Below, in pieces: positions 40,218 through 50,867 of a stretch of DNA of 64,000 bases. Position 1 is the stretch's first letter; each line of letters starts with the position of its first letter. The notes beneath the pieces were generated by a model. The model searched no databases. It had not been told where the DNA came from and saw only the letters and a list, made by a program, of their open reading frames with translations. A program made the translations under genes and the position numbers. The stretch is from a virus: the IMG/VR virus record IMGVR_UViG_3300044568_004364; one strand, 5' to 3'.

Positions 40218-40238
40218 ATATTATTGTATGTATTTATA

Positions 40239-42113
40239 TTAATTACCAAGTGATTCTATTACAAATGTATAGTCTCCACTCTCGTTTACTAAAACATTAA
40301 CTCCATTTTCAATGTAGAGCGTTGCACCATTTGGATTTGTTCTTGGAGCAACTGCACTATATTCATAGCCTGCTAATGTTTGGCCATCAAATCTTAGCGT
40401 TAACGAGGCATCGCCATAATTTTCATCCTGTACATTTTCATCATGAAACAATTCGCTGTATGCCCAATTTAAATATGTGTAATATAAAGAAAGCGAGCTG
40501 TCATTAGATGCAAATGCATTTTGACCCTCAATAACATATGCAGCTGTCGCCTGATAGAATGATTTTTTAAATATATAAACTAATCGTTGCAGTGCAGCTC
40601 GTTCTTCATCTGTTTGCGATGCTACGGAAAGTATATTGAAAATACGTAATGCAGCTGATAACCACCCAGGTTGAGATGTAGGAGTATGCGCGCCTGCAAC
40701 TGGTGGGCGATATGAATTTAACCATGATATATCTTGTTGTGGGCGTGGCGCACTATAGTCAATGGGCTCAGGCCATCCCGTGCGAGCAACAAGTTGAATT
40801 AATATAGCTGCAAATAGTTTTAATCCTGATGGATGTACAAATCGTAAGTAATCATATGACCATGTATCAAGCGATAAAGAACTCTTAATTTGATATGAAT
40901 ATTTTTGCCAAAATACGCCGTCATGTAACTTATAACGATCTGATGGAAATGATCGTGCATCTGTGTATTGCCAAATGAGATATTTCCCATCGGCTGAGCT
41001 TTGCAAGAGTTTCCAAACCGTAGGATCTAAACGAGATGCGCGATAAATTTCGATCGCGTTATTTGCTAGCGTTGATGGGACGCGATTTAACACATCATTA
41101 ATCCTCGACGCAAATTCCGGTATTGCGGTTACTATAAAGGTATGAAGGTATTCTACATTCTGCTCTACAATCACTCTAGTTGCTGGGAATGACGCTTCGG
41201 TTACAATAGCAAAGGCATCTGCGGTGCCCGCCTCACTTGTAATATAAGCCGTGCCGCCAACTTCTGTTGTAATACCATGAGTTGGTAAATCAACGGTACC
41301 AGATGCGATTGGTGTAATTGTTAAAGTATCATACTGTATATTACGATCAGCAACAGCAGTCTCGTTATATGTAAGGTTACTTATAAATGACGATCTCCAA
41401 TCTGCGCCATCTGGCCATACAGCGTCATTCACACTTTCAATACTATATGCTTCATAAAGATAAACCCAACGATCATTTGTGCCGTTGCGTACTACGCGTG
41501 GTTGAGAAGCTGGTGCAAGACCGTCAAGTGTCCATGCAGTATTTGAGTAGCTCCTAAAGATAAATGTATATGGTGCAACCGTGCCAGGGTGTGGTGGTGC
41601 AATTGCTACGTCTGAGGTAATACTTATACGCGATTTATTTGGATTTGTGTTTACCACATTTAATGTAGACAATCTTTCTTCCAAATCAATCCAACTTCCA
41701 CCTCCACTAGAAAGGTCAAATAGGTAATCTTTTGGATAAAATATATTTACCGCTTCATCAAAAAATATCTTAAAGAATGTATGTATACTATCTTCACTGC
41801 CACGAGTGCGATAATATTGCAATATGATTTTGTATAGCGATACTTTATCTAGGACGCGTGAATTTGGAATGTTACGCGCAATAAGACCTTGTATTTCCGA
41901 TAGGTATTTGTCCGATACAAGGTCAATATCCTTTTCACGTGTAATGTTTGCTATTTCATATGAAGGCAGACCAACACTGTTAATATGATCATAATAAACC
42001 TGAATAAAATCCATGAGAGTCTTTGCGCTCTCTTCGATTGCAGATGGAAATAGCGAGGGTGCACGTACACTCTCAAGGTTATGCGGTCGTGAATCTACAA
42101 TACTTAGTGCCAT
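40239..42113 (-). CDS. Baseplate wedge initiator-like protein (gp7-like)
   Basis: FIQVYY, YYRTRGSEDS..FFKIFF, IFYP, QKYSYQIK, VHPSG; downstream of gp6. Confidence 0.7.
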   Translation of the reverse strand: MALSIVDSRPHNLESVRAPSLFPSAIEESAKTLMDFIQVYYDHINSVGLPSYEIANITREKDIDLVSDKYLSEIQGLIARNIPNSRVLDKVSLYKIILQYYRTRGSEDSIHTFFKIFFDEAVNIFYPKDYLFDLSSGGGSWIDLEERLSTLNVVNTNPNKSRISITSDVAIAPPHPGTVAPYTFIFRSYSNTAWTLDGLAPASQPRVVRNGTNDRWVYLYEAYSIESVNDAVWPDGADWRSSFISNLTYNETAVADRNIQYDTLTITPIASGTVDLPTHGITTEVGGTAYITSEAGTADAFAIVTEASFPATRVIVEQNVEYLHTFIVTAIPEFASRINDVLNRVPSTLANNAIEIYRASRLDPTVWKLLQSSADGKYLIWQYTDARSFPSDRYKLHDGVFWQKYSYQIKSSLSLDTWSYDYLRFVHPSGLKLFAAILIQLVARTGWPEPIDYSAPRPQQDISWLNSYRPPVAGAHTPTSQPGWLSAALRIFNILSVASQTDEERAALQRLVYIFKKSFYQATAAYVIEGQNAFASNDSSLSLYYTYLNWAYSELFHDENVQDENYGDASLTLRFDGQTLAGYEYSAVAPRTNPNGATLYIENGVNVLVNESGDYTFVIESLGN

Positions 42114-42115
42114 AT

Positions 42116-44017
42116 TTAACGGTCTCTATTAAATGTGTTATAGTCAATCGCTCGGTTTGATCCGCCTGTTGCAATTGTATCAGCTTCTCCATATACATTC
42201 AAACGAGATGTACCGATGCGTATAACTTGATTACGCTTGGGTGCAATATCGTTTGAACGTGGTATAAGGTCAATTGTAACTGTCGTATCAGCGTCAACCG
42301 TCAAAGGTTTAACCGTTAGCACTCCATCACTTAATGATAGTGTACCAATATCAGCGTCTCCTAATCTTTGAATGTTATTGCTGTCAAAGGTGTAACTATA
42401 AAGGATTCTTAAATTTGAGTCTGTTGGGTGCGCACGGTCGCCCATATAGTATGTTACACCGCCAGCCACCCAACTCGTAGAATTTACTATACTAAAGCCA
42501 TCATCAATTGTAAGAGCTGTACCATAACGCACAATAATTGATTGCGGCTGTGGTATAAGTGTTTGTGTTGCGCTTAATGCGAATGATTTAGAGACATATA
42601 CGCGTATAAGCGAATTTAATATTGCAGGGCTAATACCATCAACAGCGCGTGTCAATTGTGAATGCCTAAAGACACCATCAAATGATTCCAATTCAGTATC
42701 ACTAAAAGTTATAATGCCATTTGTAACAATGCCTTCCAATTGTGTCTTGGTTAATGTGGTAAGATTTGGATTATATTTAAATAAGACATCCAGCACCAGC
42801 TCAATATATTCAGGATTGACAAGTTCAGGCATAATAGCAAGTACTTTTTTACCACTTAAATATTGCAATACTTCTGCGCGCTCAAGTGCGGATAAATCAC
42901 TATCATCATCTGCAGCGCTTTTCTTAACAGATACAAACACTTTACCATATTGCGGAGGATCGTTTTCTTCGCCGCCCCATACGCTAACAGCTCTAAAGCC
43001 AAATGCGCTACGCAATAGTGTCTTATAGTCATCTGCAGTTACTGCTCGATTTTGTGCAACATATTGTAATGGCGCATTATACTTTATGCTGCTTAATGAT
43101 TCACTGCTTGTGCCACCAACAGCGGCCGACACTGTTTGTAATGTAATTGCGGAAATTGAGTTATTAGAGTTTACGCCGCTATATTTAAATATGTTTGCAC
43201 CGTTTGCGGCCTCACCATCGCTTATAAGATATTGCAATTCCAAGATGTTTAGATTATCTGGCTTCTTGCCAAATACACCATTACCAAATGTTATTACATA
43301 ATTGCCATTAAAGTTTTCATAAAGGAAATAGATTGGAGTAAGACCGTTAATATCATTGATATCGGAAAAAATAGTATAAACTTCAGAAATATCAGTGCGC
43401 CCAGCTTGCTGCTCATTTACCTTTAGCGTGCTCGTATCAATATTCTTGTCTGCAATAATATATTCATTATTGCTAAGATTAGAATTAATTTGCGAGCGTC
43501 GTGTTTGTATTGATCCCTGATATAATTCAACATTTTTTGCTTCAAGCAATCCAGTCGTATTATTGCGGCGACAAATTATGTCAGTTAGATTTACAAATGT
43601 ATAATTTTGTGCTTGACGTGGTATTGCAAAGTTACTGCTAAATGCAGTATTTGCAGGTATTACATATTCATTAAGACCATTGTCGCTTGATGTTATTAAA
43701 ATATTAACAACTGCCTTAGGCGCGCTTGTGCTGTGCGGAGTATAGCCAATAAGCTTTGCAGCAGATACTACATTTTGTCGCAATTGAGCGCTATCAATAA
43801 AACTTTCGTTTACTGCCATATGCGCAATCACTGCATTATAGTGTGTGTTATGCGCTAAGACATCCATGAGAATATTCAAGCCAGAGCCTGTATAGTCCCA
43901 ATCTTTAAACACGCCATCATTAGCTTTAAAGTAGCTAATCAAACTATCCTTGATGTCAGCAAAGTCAAGGTTTGTAACATTTACGGATTGTGCAGGAAGT
44001 ATGTTATTATTAGCCAT
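42116..44017 (-). CDS. gp6: Baseplate wedge subunit
   Basis: LDFADIK, LAHNTHYN, NESFIDSAQLR, QNRAVTADDY, VWGGEENDPPQYGKVF. Confidence 0.95.
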   Translation of the reverse strand: MANNNILPAQSVNVTNLDFADIKDSLISYFKANDGVFKDWDYTGSGLNILMDVLAHNTHYNAVIAHMAVNESFIDSAQLRQNVVSAAKLIGYTPHSTSAPKAVVNILITSSDNGLNEYVIPANTAFSSNFAIPRQAQNYTFVNLTDIICRRNNTTGLLEAKNVELYQGSIQTRRSQINSNLSNNEYIIADKNIDTSTLKVNEQQAGRTDISEVYTIFSDINDINGLTPIYFLYENFNGNYVITFGNGVFGKKPDNLNILELQYLISDGEAANGANIFKYSGVNSNNSISAITLQTVSAAVGGTSSESLSSIKYNAPLQYVAQNRAVTADDYKTLLRSAFGFRAVSVWGGEENDPPQYGKVFVSVKKSAADDDSDLSALERAEVLQYLSGKKVLAIMPELVNPEYIELVLDVLFKYNPNLTTLTKTQLEGIVTNGIITFSDTELESFDGVFRHSQLTRAVDGISPAILNSLIRVYVSKSFALSATQTLIPQPQSIIVRYGTALTIDDGFSIVNSTSWVAGGVTYYMGDRAHPTDSNLRILYSYTFDSNNIQRLGDADIGTLSLSDGVLTVKPLTVDADTTVTIDLIPRSNDIAPKRNQVIRIGTSRLNVYGEADTIATGGSNRAIDYNTFNRDR

Positions 44018-44454
44018 TATCTTATGCGTGTTAAGTAGATTACGATTTCTGTTGTTTGATTATATGATACCTCAAATGATACACTTATACGATATGCATT
44101 ATTGTCAGAGTCATCGGTTACGCTAACTGTAAAGTCTTTAAGCCTAGGCTCATAAGATTTAATCGTGTCCTCAATCTTTCTTTGCAGCTCATATTGTGTA
44201 AGAACATTTGCGTTTTCAAATAGTAATTCGCGTATGCCAGAACTAAGTTCTGGTTGAAAGGGGCGGTCGTATGTTTCGGTTAATAGCAAATTTTTAATGC
44301 TTTGACGTACTGCATCAAGGTCACTGATTGGACGTATGTCATTATAGATTGGGTGTACTGTAAAGGCGTTATCAATGTCAGCATAAACTCCAGTGCGCGC
44401 CACATTTGTTGACTGCGTCTGATTATAGTCTGACAGTGAGAAAGAGGATGCCAT
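44017..44454 (-). CDS. gp25: Baseplate wedge subunit
   Basis: AVRQSIKNLLLT..DRPFQP, LLFEN, YEPR; late promoter 44462-44469. Confidence 0.92.
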   Translation of the reverse strand: MASSFSLSDYNQTQSTNVARTGVYADIDNAFTVHPIYNDIRPISDLDAVRQSIKNLLLTETYDRPFQPELSSGIRELLFENANVLTQYELQRKIEDTIKSYEPRLKDFTVSVTDDSDNNAYRISVSFEVSYNQTTEIVIYLTRIR

Positions 44455-44477
44455 ATGTTACTATTTATAAAATAATT

Positions 44478-46472
44478 TTAAGAACGCGCAAATGCTGGAT
44501 TGGAACGTATTGCTTGTGTGCCAGATTTAAGTTCATTCCTAATACTGTTTGTCCTATCAGTAAATTCTTTTATTGTTTCAGGTCTCCAATATGGATGGTT
44601 CTCCAGTGTTGCTTTTACACTATAATCATACTTACTGCTAAATGCGAGTAACGCTTCTTTCACATTTCCAGTTAGAGCAGCACTTGCAATGTTTACGCCG
44701 CGATCAAATCCTGAAAGGACTGCATTTGTTACAGTTCCTGCAGTGGATGTTGTTGTTGACTGAAGAACATCGCCACTTGGTGCTCCATAAATACCTTGTA
44801 AGATACCGTTTACATTATTGATGTTATTATACGTTTCGTCCAATGATGTTGCTGCGGAGCTGCTTAGTAATCCGACAGGAGCTGCGGTTGATGCAATATC
44901 ATCATGATAGTTGTATGCAAGTTCATGCACTGCACCCAACATAGTTATATAGTCACGCAAACCAGCTTCATCTCCAGCTGCCTTTAAAGATTGTATCTTT
45001 TCATTGTCCTTAAATAATGGCTCACTTAAACGAAACAACATATAATCATACTCTGTCTTTTGTACCGTAGGCTGACGATAGACTGGTGGATTAAACCCAG
45101 GTATAAGTTCTGGTGCGAGCCGTGTATCTGCTTTAATAAGACGTGCTACAGGTCCGCTGTTTGTATCAACTAAGTTACATACATTTACTACTCCAGCTGC
45201 AACATCTTTTATTGTTTGACCGATATTATTTGCTTCAGGAAATGCCGCTTGCAACTTTTCAAGTTGATCTCCAACAAACGCTCCAGTCTTTGCATAAGCA
45301 CCTGAAGACTCTAGGACTGCATTTGCAAATGCCCATGGATTATCTTTAACAAATTGTATAAGTTCCATGAGCTTTTGTACTTGTGCAATTCTTGATTGCA
45401 CCTCGGTTAACATATTAACAATACCAAGCCCAGGCACATAACTTGCAGCCAATTGCACAAGCTTTGCGGCAGCTATGATTGCAAGTTTTTGTGGGAGGTT
45501 ACGCGCGCAATCTGCAATAGTTGCTGCTTGTTGATATAACCCATTATCAAGATTTAAGATTTCACTATTTGCATTATCTACTACTGACAATATACCGTTT
45601 TGTATAAAGTCTCGTTTAGCATTATCATCAGAAAAACCAGTTTCATCAATCCAAATACGAGTCTTACTTGGCAATGCTTGCAGATTACTATTATAGAGTT
45701 GCTCATCTGCAATGCCATCAGCAACGGTGCGAGGCGTTATGACGTATTGCGCATTTGCGCTTCCGACATAATTAAAATCTGTTAGTGTAACAGTTACAGC
45801 GTATGTCCCAGCATTCTTAGGAGCAGCAAGTGGAGAGTCTTGACCTGAATATGTTACACGTGCAGGTATATCAGATCCAAAATTTGGTGCTGCTGTATCT
45901 AGTATTTTTATAGAGGTACTATACGCGCATGCTTGCGGTTTTTTGTTGTCTTTTGTTTCAAGACTTGGAAATGTTATGGCCACAGATAGTGGTGCAACGG
46001 TCAAATACTTTATTGTATCAACTAGTGTTTCAAAAACTGCATCTGGTGAACGTATTGGAAATACTCCTGGGTGTTGTGTTCTTATATCAGTTATGAATAC
46101 ATTGTTTTTTACAATGTCATCGTATGCAGGCACTCCAGCAGGAGGTGTACTGCCATATACAGTTGAAAAATAACCACGATATGTAGCATCGCTCTTTAAT
46201 GTAATGTTTATTGTATAGTCATAGCGCCCTACATTTTTTGGCGCGCCTGTTAATGTGTCTAAGGTGCTGCCATATGTTACACTTATGTTAACGTCAGCCT
46301 GCGGCACTTCAGTCACCTGCCATGGAGTTGATGATACACGCTCTTGTGTAATGCGATAGATCTTTAAAAGACTCTCTATATTTCGCGCTGCTCCGTTATA
46401 TGTCAATGGTACTCCAAAGGCATCACCGTTGGAATCTGCTAGTGTAATGTATAAAAATTTTGATAGTGGCAT
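44478..46472 (-). CDS. Hypothetical baseplate-associated protein with MBG-like Ig domains
   Basis: Probable start MPLSKF; APKNAGTYAVTVT..D.NYVGSA and APKNVGRY motifs; between gp5 and gp25. Confidence 0.5.
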   Translation of the reverse strand: MPLSKFLYITLADSNGDAFGVPLTYNGAARNIESLLKIYRITQERVSSTPWQVTEVPQADVNISVTYGSTLDTLTGAPKNVGRYDYTINITLKSDATYRGYFSTVYGSTPPAGVPAYDDIVKNNVFITDIRTQHPGVFPIRSPDAVFETLVDTIKYLTVAPLSVAITFPSLETKDNKKPQACAYSTSIKILDTAAPNFGSDIPARVTYSGQDSPLAAPKNAGTYAVTVTLTDFNYVGSANAQYVITPRTVADGIADEQLYNSNLQALPSKTRIWIDETGFSDDNAKRDFIQNGILSVVDNANSEILNLDNGLYQQAATIADCARNLPQKLAIIAAAKLVQLAASYVPGLGIVNMLTEVQSRIAQVQKLMELIQFVKDNPWAFANAVLESSGAYAKTGAFVGDQLEKLQAAFPEANNIGQTIKDVAAGVVNVCNLVDTNSGPVARLIKADTRLAPELIPGFNPPVYRQPTVQKTEYDYMLFRLSEPLFKDNEKIQSLKAAGDEAGLRDYITMLGAVHELAYNYHDDIASTAAPVGLLSSSAATSLDETYNNINNVNGILQGIYGAPSGDVLQSTTTSTAGTVTNAVLSGFDRGVNIASAALTGNVKEALLAFSSKYDYSVKATLENHPYWRPETIKEFTDRTNSIRNELKSGTQAIRSNPAFARS

Positions 46473-46473
46473 A

Positions 46474-47313
46474 TTATGGGATTGGTGGACTTGTTGCCGC
46501 AGGAGTACCGCCAGCACCATCTCCTAAGTGTTTATGGGTAGCGAGTGTAAACATTCCGCCTAATGCTCCAACATCACCTGTGGCAACAAGTGCTCCGCCA
46601 ATTACGTTTACGCGTGATGTTGTTATGTTTGTAATCGAAGAAGTCATGTTTGTTGTTGACGTCGAAGTTAATGATAATATACTTGCGCTGTCAACCCCAA
46701 CTGATAATCCACCAATTATTGCTGCACCGCCAGGCGCATGAGCGCTAAATCCTGTTGAGCCAGCGAACGATATTGACCCTGTACAAACTGCAGTTCGCTC
46801 GCCTATATTTGTTTCATTAATTGGTCCAATAACCATCGTGTTTATTCCGCCAGCACGCACCGTATTATTTATGCCGTTACCTACAATCACATCCTGTTTA
46901 CCAATAATGTTTATCGCGCTGTCAGCACCAACTTCAGTCTTATGTGCGGCACCAACTTTAAGACGATATTCACCTTTTACTGTTTGGCTCATACTGCCGT
47001 TAACTTCAAGATTATAGTCTCCATTCACTGACATATTAACATTGCCATTAACATATACATTTGCATTTCCGTTGATACTAACATAATCATCGCCAATCAC
47101 CACATGATGATTATCGGATACAACAATAACGCGACGTGTACCGTCTGCAAGTATTGTGCGTTCAGTGCCGCTTTTATGGCGCTCATGGATACGCTCTTCG
47201 CCAAGAGTATCATCAACTTCAAAAACGTGCCCGCTGCGAGTTTGCCGCACATGATTAAACGGATATACTCCCTGATCTGATGTGGACGGCGCGCTAAAAG
47301 AATTGTTATTCAT
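46474..47313 (-). CDS. Baseplate spike C-terminal part (gp5C beta-helix)
   Basis: YPFNHV.QTRSGHVFEVDDT.GEERIHERHKSGT, VNGN 8-residue repeats, terminal THKH; late promoter 47327-47334. Confidence 0.85.
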   Translation of the reverse strand: MNNNSFSAPSTSDQGVYPFNHVRQTRSGHVFEVDDTLGEERIHERHKSGTERTILADGTRRVIVVSDNHHVVIGDDYVSINGNANVYVNGNVNMSVNGDYNLEVNGSMSQTVKGEYRLKVGAAHKTEVGADSAINIIGKQDVIVGNGINNTVRAGGINTMVIGPINETNIGERTAVCTGSISFAGSTGFSAHAPGGAAIIGGLSVGVDSASILSLTSTSTTNMTSSITNITTSRVNVIGGALVATGDVGALGGMFTLATHKHLGDGAGGTPAATSPPIP

Positions 47314-47329
47314 AATGTATTTGAAATAT

Positions 47330-48277
47330 TTATATGTTAAATATGGAAGGCGACAATATTTGAGTTATTGCGCTTTGTGATGTTTCAGAATCTTTCCAAC
47401 GCAATACATATTTCCACTGTGCGAGAGTTGATCTCTCCAAGACGCGTCTTGGCCGTTGACTTCCAGTATTGCCTTCAATGGTAGTATGACGTTCACGCCT
47501 ACGATCATTGCATCCAACTGTAACAATTCCAATATGTCCACCTTCTGCTCTGTGTCGTACTACAATATCGCCTGCTCTCAATGTGTTATCGTCTACAAGA
47601 TGTACATACTTTCTACCAGTAGGAGTGTTTGCCCAATCCCGCCACGCTAGAGCGCTATTTGGATTTTTAGGTAAATCTGAATCTGGTATTAAGCCTGTTT
47701 GCTTGATAGACCATGTAACAAATCCTGCGCACCATAATGTAGGAGGCGCACCATATTTTGCGCCATTTGTGTTATTAATTTCTTTTCGAGCCGCAGCAAT
47801 CATGCCGCGCACAACTGCACTATTGGTAGCAGGGTCAACCTGTGGCGCCGTATCTCCAAATGATGATGTGGCTGCAGGACTACTTATTGGAGCACCTGTA
47901 GAATATCCTGAAGTGTTGTATGTAGATGCTGCACTGATACCGCGTGAATAACTAGTTGCATCTCTAGGTATAACAAACCTGTCTGCTGCTCCGTTTACAC
48001 CTGGGATTACTCCAATGATGACAGGATCTTGCGCATCAGGATCACGAAAGAATCCAAAAACCCAAGAGTCTACAGCCAGTCCCGTTGGACTAGATCCGAC
48101 GCCGTTTGCATTTGCGCTTGTCACTGGCATTAATACCGTTGCCCATGGTAAATCCACATCACGAAGATGGATGTCATCAAAATCATGATAGCCAAAGACA
48201 CGCACTTGTACACGTCCACTATTTAATGGATCTATAATATTTGTTACAGTTGCGTTAAACCAATTTTCGATTTTCAT
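47330..48277 (-). CDS. gp5 N-terminal OB-fold fused to CHAP peptidoglycan hydrolase
   Basis: DPLNSGRVQVRVFGYH, LPWA, WVFGFFRD; CHAP motifs WCAGFVTW, GDIV, HIGIV, TIEGN. Confidence 0.85.
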   Translation of the reverse strand: MKIENWFNATVTNIIDPLNSGRVQVRVFGYHDFDDIHLRDVDLPWATVLMPVTSANANGVGSSPTGLAVDSWVFGFFRDPDAQDPVIIGVIPGVNGAADRFVIPRDATSYSRGISAASTYNTSGYSTGAPISSPAATSSFGDTAPQVDPATNSAVVRGMIAAARKEINNTNGAKYGAPPTLWCAGFVTWSIKQTGLIPDSDLPKNPNSALAWRDWANTPTGRKYVHLVDDNTLRAGDIVVRHRAEGGHIGIVTVGCNDRRRERHTTIEGNTGSQRPRRVLERSTLAQWKYVLRWKDSETSQSAITQILSPSIFNI

Positions 48278-48298
48278 TAAATTATATTTGTGTTAACT

Positions 48299-49873
48299 TT
48301 ATGCAGGTGGCAATGGCAAAACACCAGGACTGCCATCAGCAGTGGTCCCGTCGCCAGTTGATTCAGCGTCAGGAAAAATAGCTTCGCTCGGGTCCGGTAA
48401 TGGCGTAGCATTTAGCGGAACATCGCTGTTTATATCTACTGCTGGTGTTGTTGTATCTGCTGGTGGAGTTTCTCCTTCAGCTGGTATAGCTAAAATTGGT
48501 TCGTGATTTGGCACTGGTTCGCTTGTCTTTATAATTGGCAAGTCATTAACACCAAATAGTTTCAAGCGGCATGTATAGACACCATCCGTAAATATATGAG
48601 CTGCAACCGTGATTAAATAATTGCCCGATACGACTGGATCAATTTCACCACTTGTCGCCTTACGCTCTCTCAATGTTTTTGGAACTTTAAGATTTATTAC
48701 TGTTCCAGGGTTTAGGCCTGGGTTACCATATACAACAATCTCATGATCAAATTCATTTACGCGTGCCGCGAAAGATTTGGCAGTTTGTATATTTGGTAGT
48801 AATGATTCTGTAACTGAATTTTTAGGATAATCAAAACTAGAACCACCTGCGTTATTGATTTGTATGTTGCTTATGTTTGCATGAGATATGTCATGCATCT
48901 TTTGTGGCGTATTTCCATTTGGCCCAAGGCCAACACGGTATTCACGTGAAGTCCATTTGTTTGCCGACTCTGTTGTTGTAAGATTTAAGGTGTAATAGCT
49001 TTTTGATGCAATGTCGGTTACGTTAATACGATTTGCATATCCGCCTTCAGCCGCAGTTGCAAGACGATCCATTTTTAAATTGGAGCGCATAGAGAGTATA
49101 CGCTTAACATCTTTTTCATATTTCTCTTTATTTGGTTTGCTATCATCTAATGATTGGCCATACTCATACTTGTATCGTTCGCCTACACTTTTACTCGCAA
49201 GTGAATTAAATGACCCAAAATATACAACATTTCGCGATGTTGATGAAACTTTATTATATAAGAAGAAAGGAGAGCGTACACTATCAAAAGAACGTGAACG
49301 CAACCATTCAGCTGCGGATAATGGAGTTTGTATATTAATAATGCCAGTGAAATTGCTCACTGGCGGTTCTGTATCAATTATTAAATCTGCCAATTCAAGA
49401 TCTGTTACAAATATTTCGCGCAATGCCGCTTCAATGTTTGATACTGAGCGACATATTGTTTTTAATTTACTCGTATATGCAAAGTCTGATATTGCAATCA
49501 AGTTAAATATTTGTGTGTTTGGGTAATCAAGTGTCTTGGTATAGTTACTATATTCCTTGACAGAAAATGTATGTTCAATAACATTTTCTTTATCATAATC
49601 ACCAATAATCTTTAACTTAATAATTTCCTGTCCTGTTAGTTTACCAATAACTCCGCTGCCAAAGATATCATCATTATCACGTATGGTTGCACTGAGAGTT
49701 AAGACAGGCGAAAATATTTCTGCGGTAATATTAAATGATGTTACATATTGCACAATAGACATTTCAGCGCCATCGGCATTGGTCATAATCATGCTCTCAA
49801 CACGAAAATTACCAGAGATAAGTTCGCTATCTCGTGTTGCTGTCTTTGCAGCATTTATATGCGTAGTGCTCAT
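48299..49873 (-). CDS. Baseplate hub protein (gp27-like)
   Basis: Position between gp53 and gp5; IFSPVL, FFLY, SGNYLITVAAHIF. Confidence 0.6.
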   Translation of the reverse strand: MSTTHINAAKTATRDSELISGNFRVESMIMTNADGAEMSIVQYVTSFNITAEIFSPVLTLSATIRDNDDIFGSGVIGKLTGQEIIKLKIIGDYDKENVIEHTFSVKEYSNYTKTLDYPNTQIFNLIAISDFAYTSKLKTICRSVSNIEAALREIFVTDLELADLIIDTEPPVSNFTGIINIQTPLSAAEWLRSRSFDSVRSPFFLYNKVSSTSRNVVYFGSFNSLASKSVGERYKYEYGQSLDDSKPNKEKYEKDVKRILSMRSNLKMDRLATAAEGGYANRINVTDIASKSYYTLNLTTTESANKWTSREYRVGLGPNGNTPQKMHDISHANISNIQINNAGGSSFDYPKNSVTESLLPNIQTAKSFAARVNEFDHEIVVYGNPGLNPGTVINLKVPKTLRERKATSGEIDPVVSGNYLITVAAHIFTDGVYTCRLKLFGVNDLPIIKTSEPVPNHEPILAIPAEGETPPADTTTPAVDINSDVPLNATPLPDPSEAIFPDAESTGDGTTADGSPGVLPLPPA

Positions 49874-49874
49874 A

Positions 49875-50864
49875 TTATGCTAAGAGTGTATCGTAATACT
49901 GTTCTGAAAATTGGCGTATATAGTCTGGACGTATGACACGCAATTGTCTTTTTGATTCGTTAATCTCTTCTTCGTATTGGAGATATGACTTATAGGTTGG
50001 AGTTGTTATTGTTGTTGATGTTAACACATCATATGCGGTAAGCACTCCGCCATTTAGGTCTAAGTATTGGTATGGTGCGTTCTGATAATAGTCCCAACGA
50101 TATGTCTTGTTATTTAAACCGTTTGTCTTTGTGTTAAACTTTACATTTTTACCCAAGATATATGAATCAACTGTAGTGTTATATCTATTCTTTTCAGATA
50201 ACCCAATTGCATCATAAATCTTAATGTTTTCAAATATTGTATTTAACCATTCATTCTTAAGTGCCAACAGTGCAGGCGTTTGCGTTTCGTTCACCCACTG
50301 TATCTTAAACAAGTCAGAACCGTTTATAAAAGAGTTGCGACTAATTTCAATTCGTGTAGTGCCTATCATGCGATGTATATCATCAATGATAAGAGTATGT
50401 CGCTCAGTGTCATATCTTACAATATTTGCAACTCCAAAGGCTGCATCTGTTAATTTTAAGTATGGCAGGTATTTAGAGTCAAACGGTATACATGAAAAGT
50501 CAATAAGGTTAGTGCCATTTAAATCATTTGGATATAATATCTCTGGTGTCATAGCAGAATAACGCGAGTATTCTTTTTCCATCAGTCGCTCAAACTGATG
50601 AGACGATAGTTGCCATGCGTTATAACCATCATGCAAGAAATCATTTATGATAAAAAACGTCCAATAATATTGAGTATCGTTATATAACTTATATGATACG
50701 ATATCTGGACGTTCTGCATTATCAAGGCTATACAGAGTATATAATAATGCATCATCTGGCAGGCTGTTTTTTGATAATGCCACAGCACGAGTAATATCCG
50801 TAAGCTCAAGAGATGAGCCGTCGGAATACAAGTCATAGTTTACTTTTGGGTAAGGTTTAAACAT
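49875..50864 (-). CDS. gp53: Baseplate wedge subunit
   Basis: ERPDIVSYKLYNDTQYYWTFFIIN (LysM-like), YEEEINESKRQLRVIRP. Confidence 0.9.
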   Translation of the reverse strand: MFKPYPKVNYDLYSDGSSLELTDITRAVALSKNSLPDDALLYTLYSLDNAERPDIVSYKLYNDTQYYWTFFIINDFLHDGYNAWQLSSHQFERLMEKEYSRYSAMTPEILYPNDLNGTNLIDFSCIPFDSKYLPYLKLTDAAFGVANIVRYDTERHTLIIDDIHRMIGTTRIEISRNSFINGSDLFKIQWVNETQTPALLALKNEWLNTIFENIKIYDAIGLSEKNRYNTTVDSYILGKNVKFNTKTNGLNNKTYRWDYYQNAPYQYLDLNGGVLTAYDVLTSTTITTPTYKSYLQYEEEINESKRQLRVIRPDYIRQFSEQYYDTLLA

Positions 50865-50867
50865 ATA

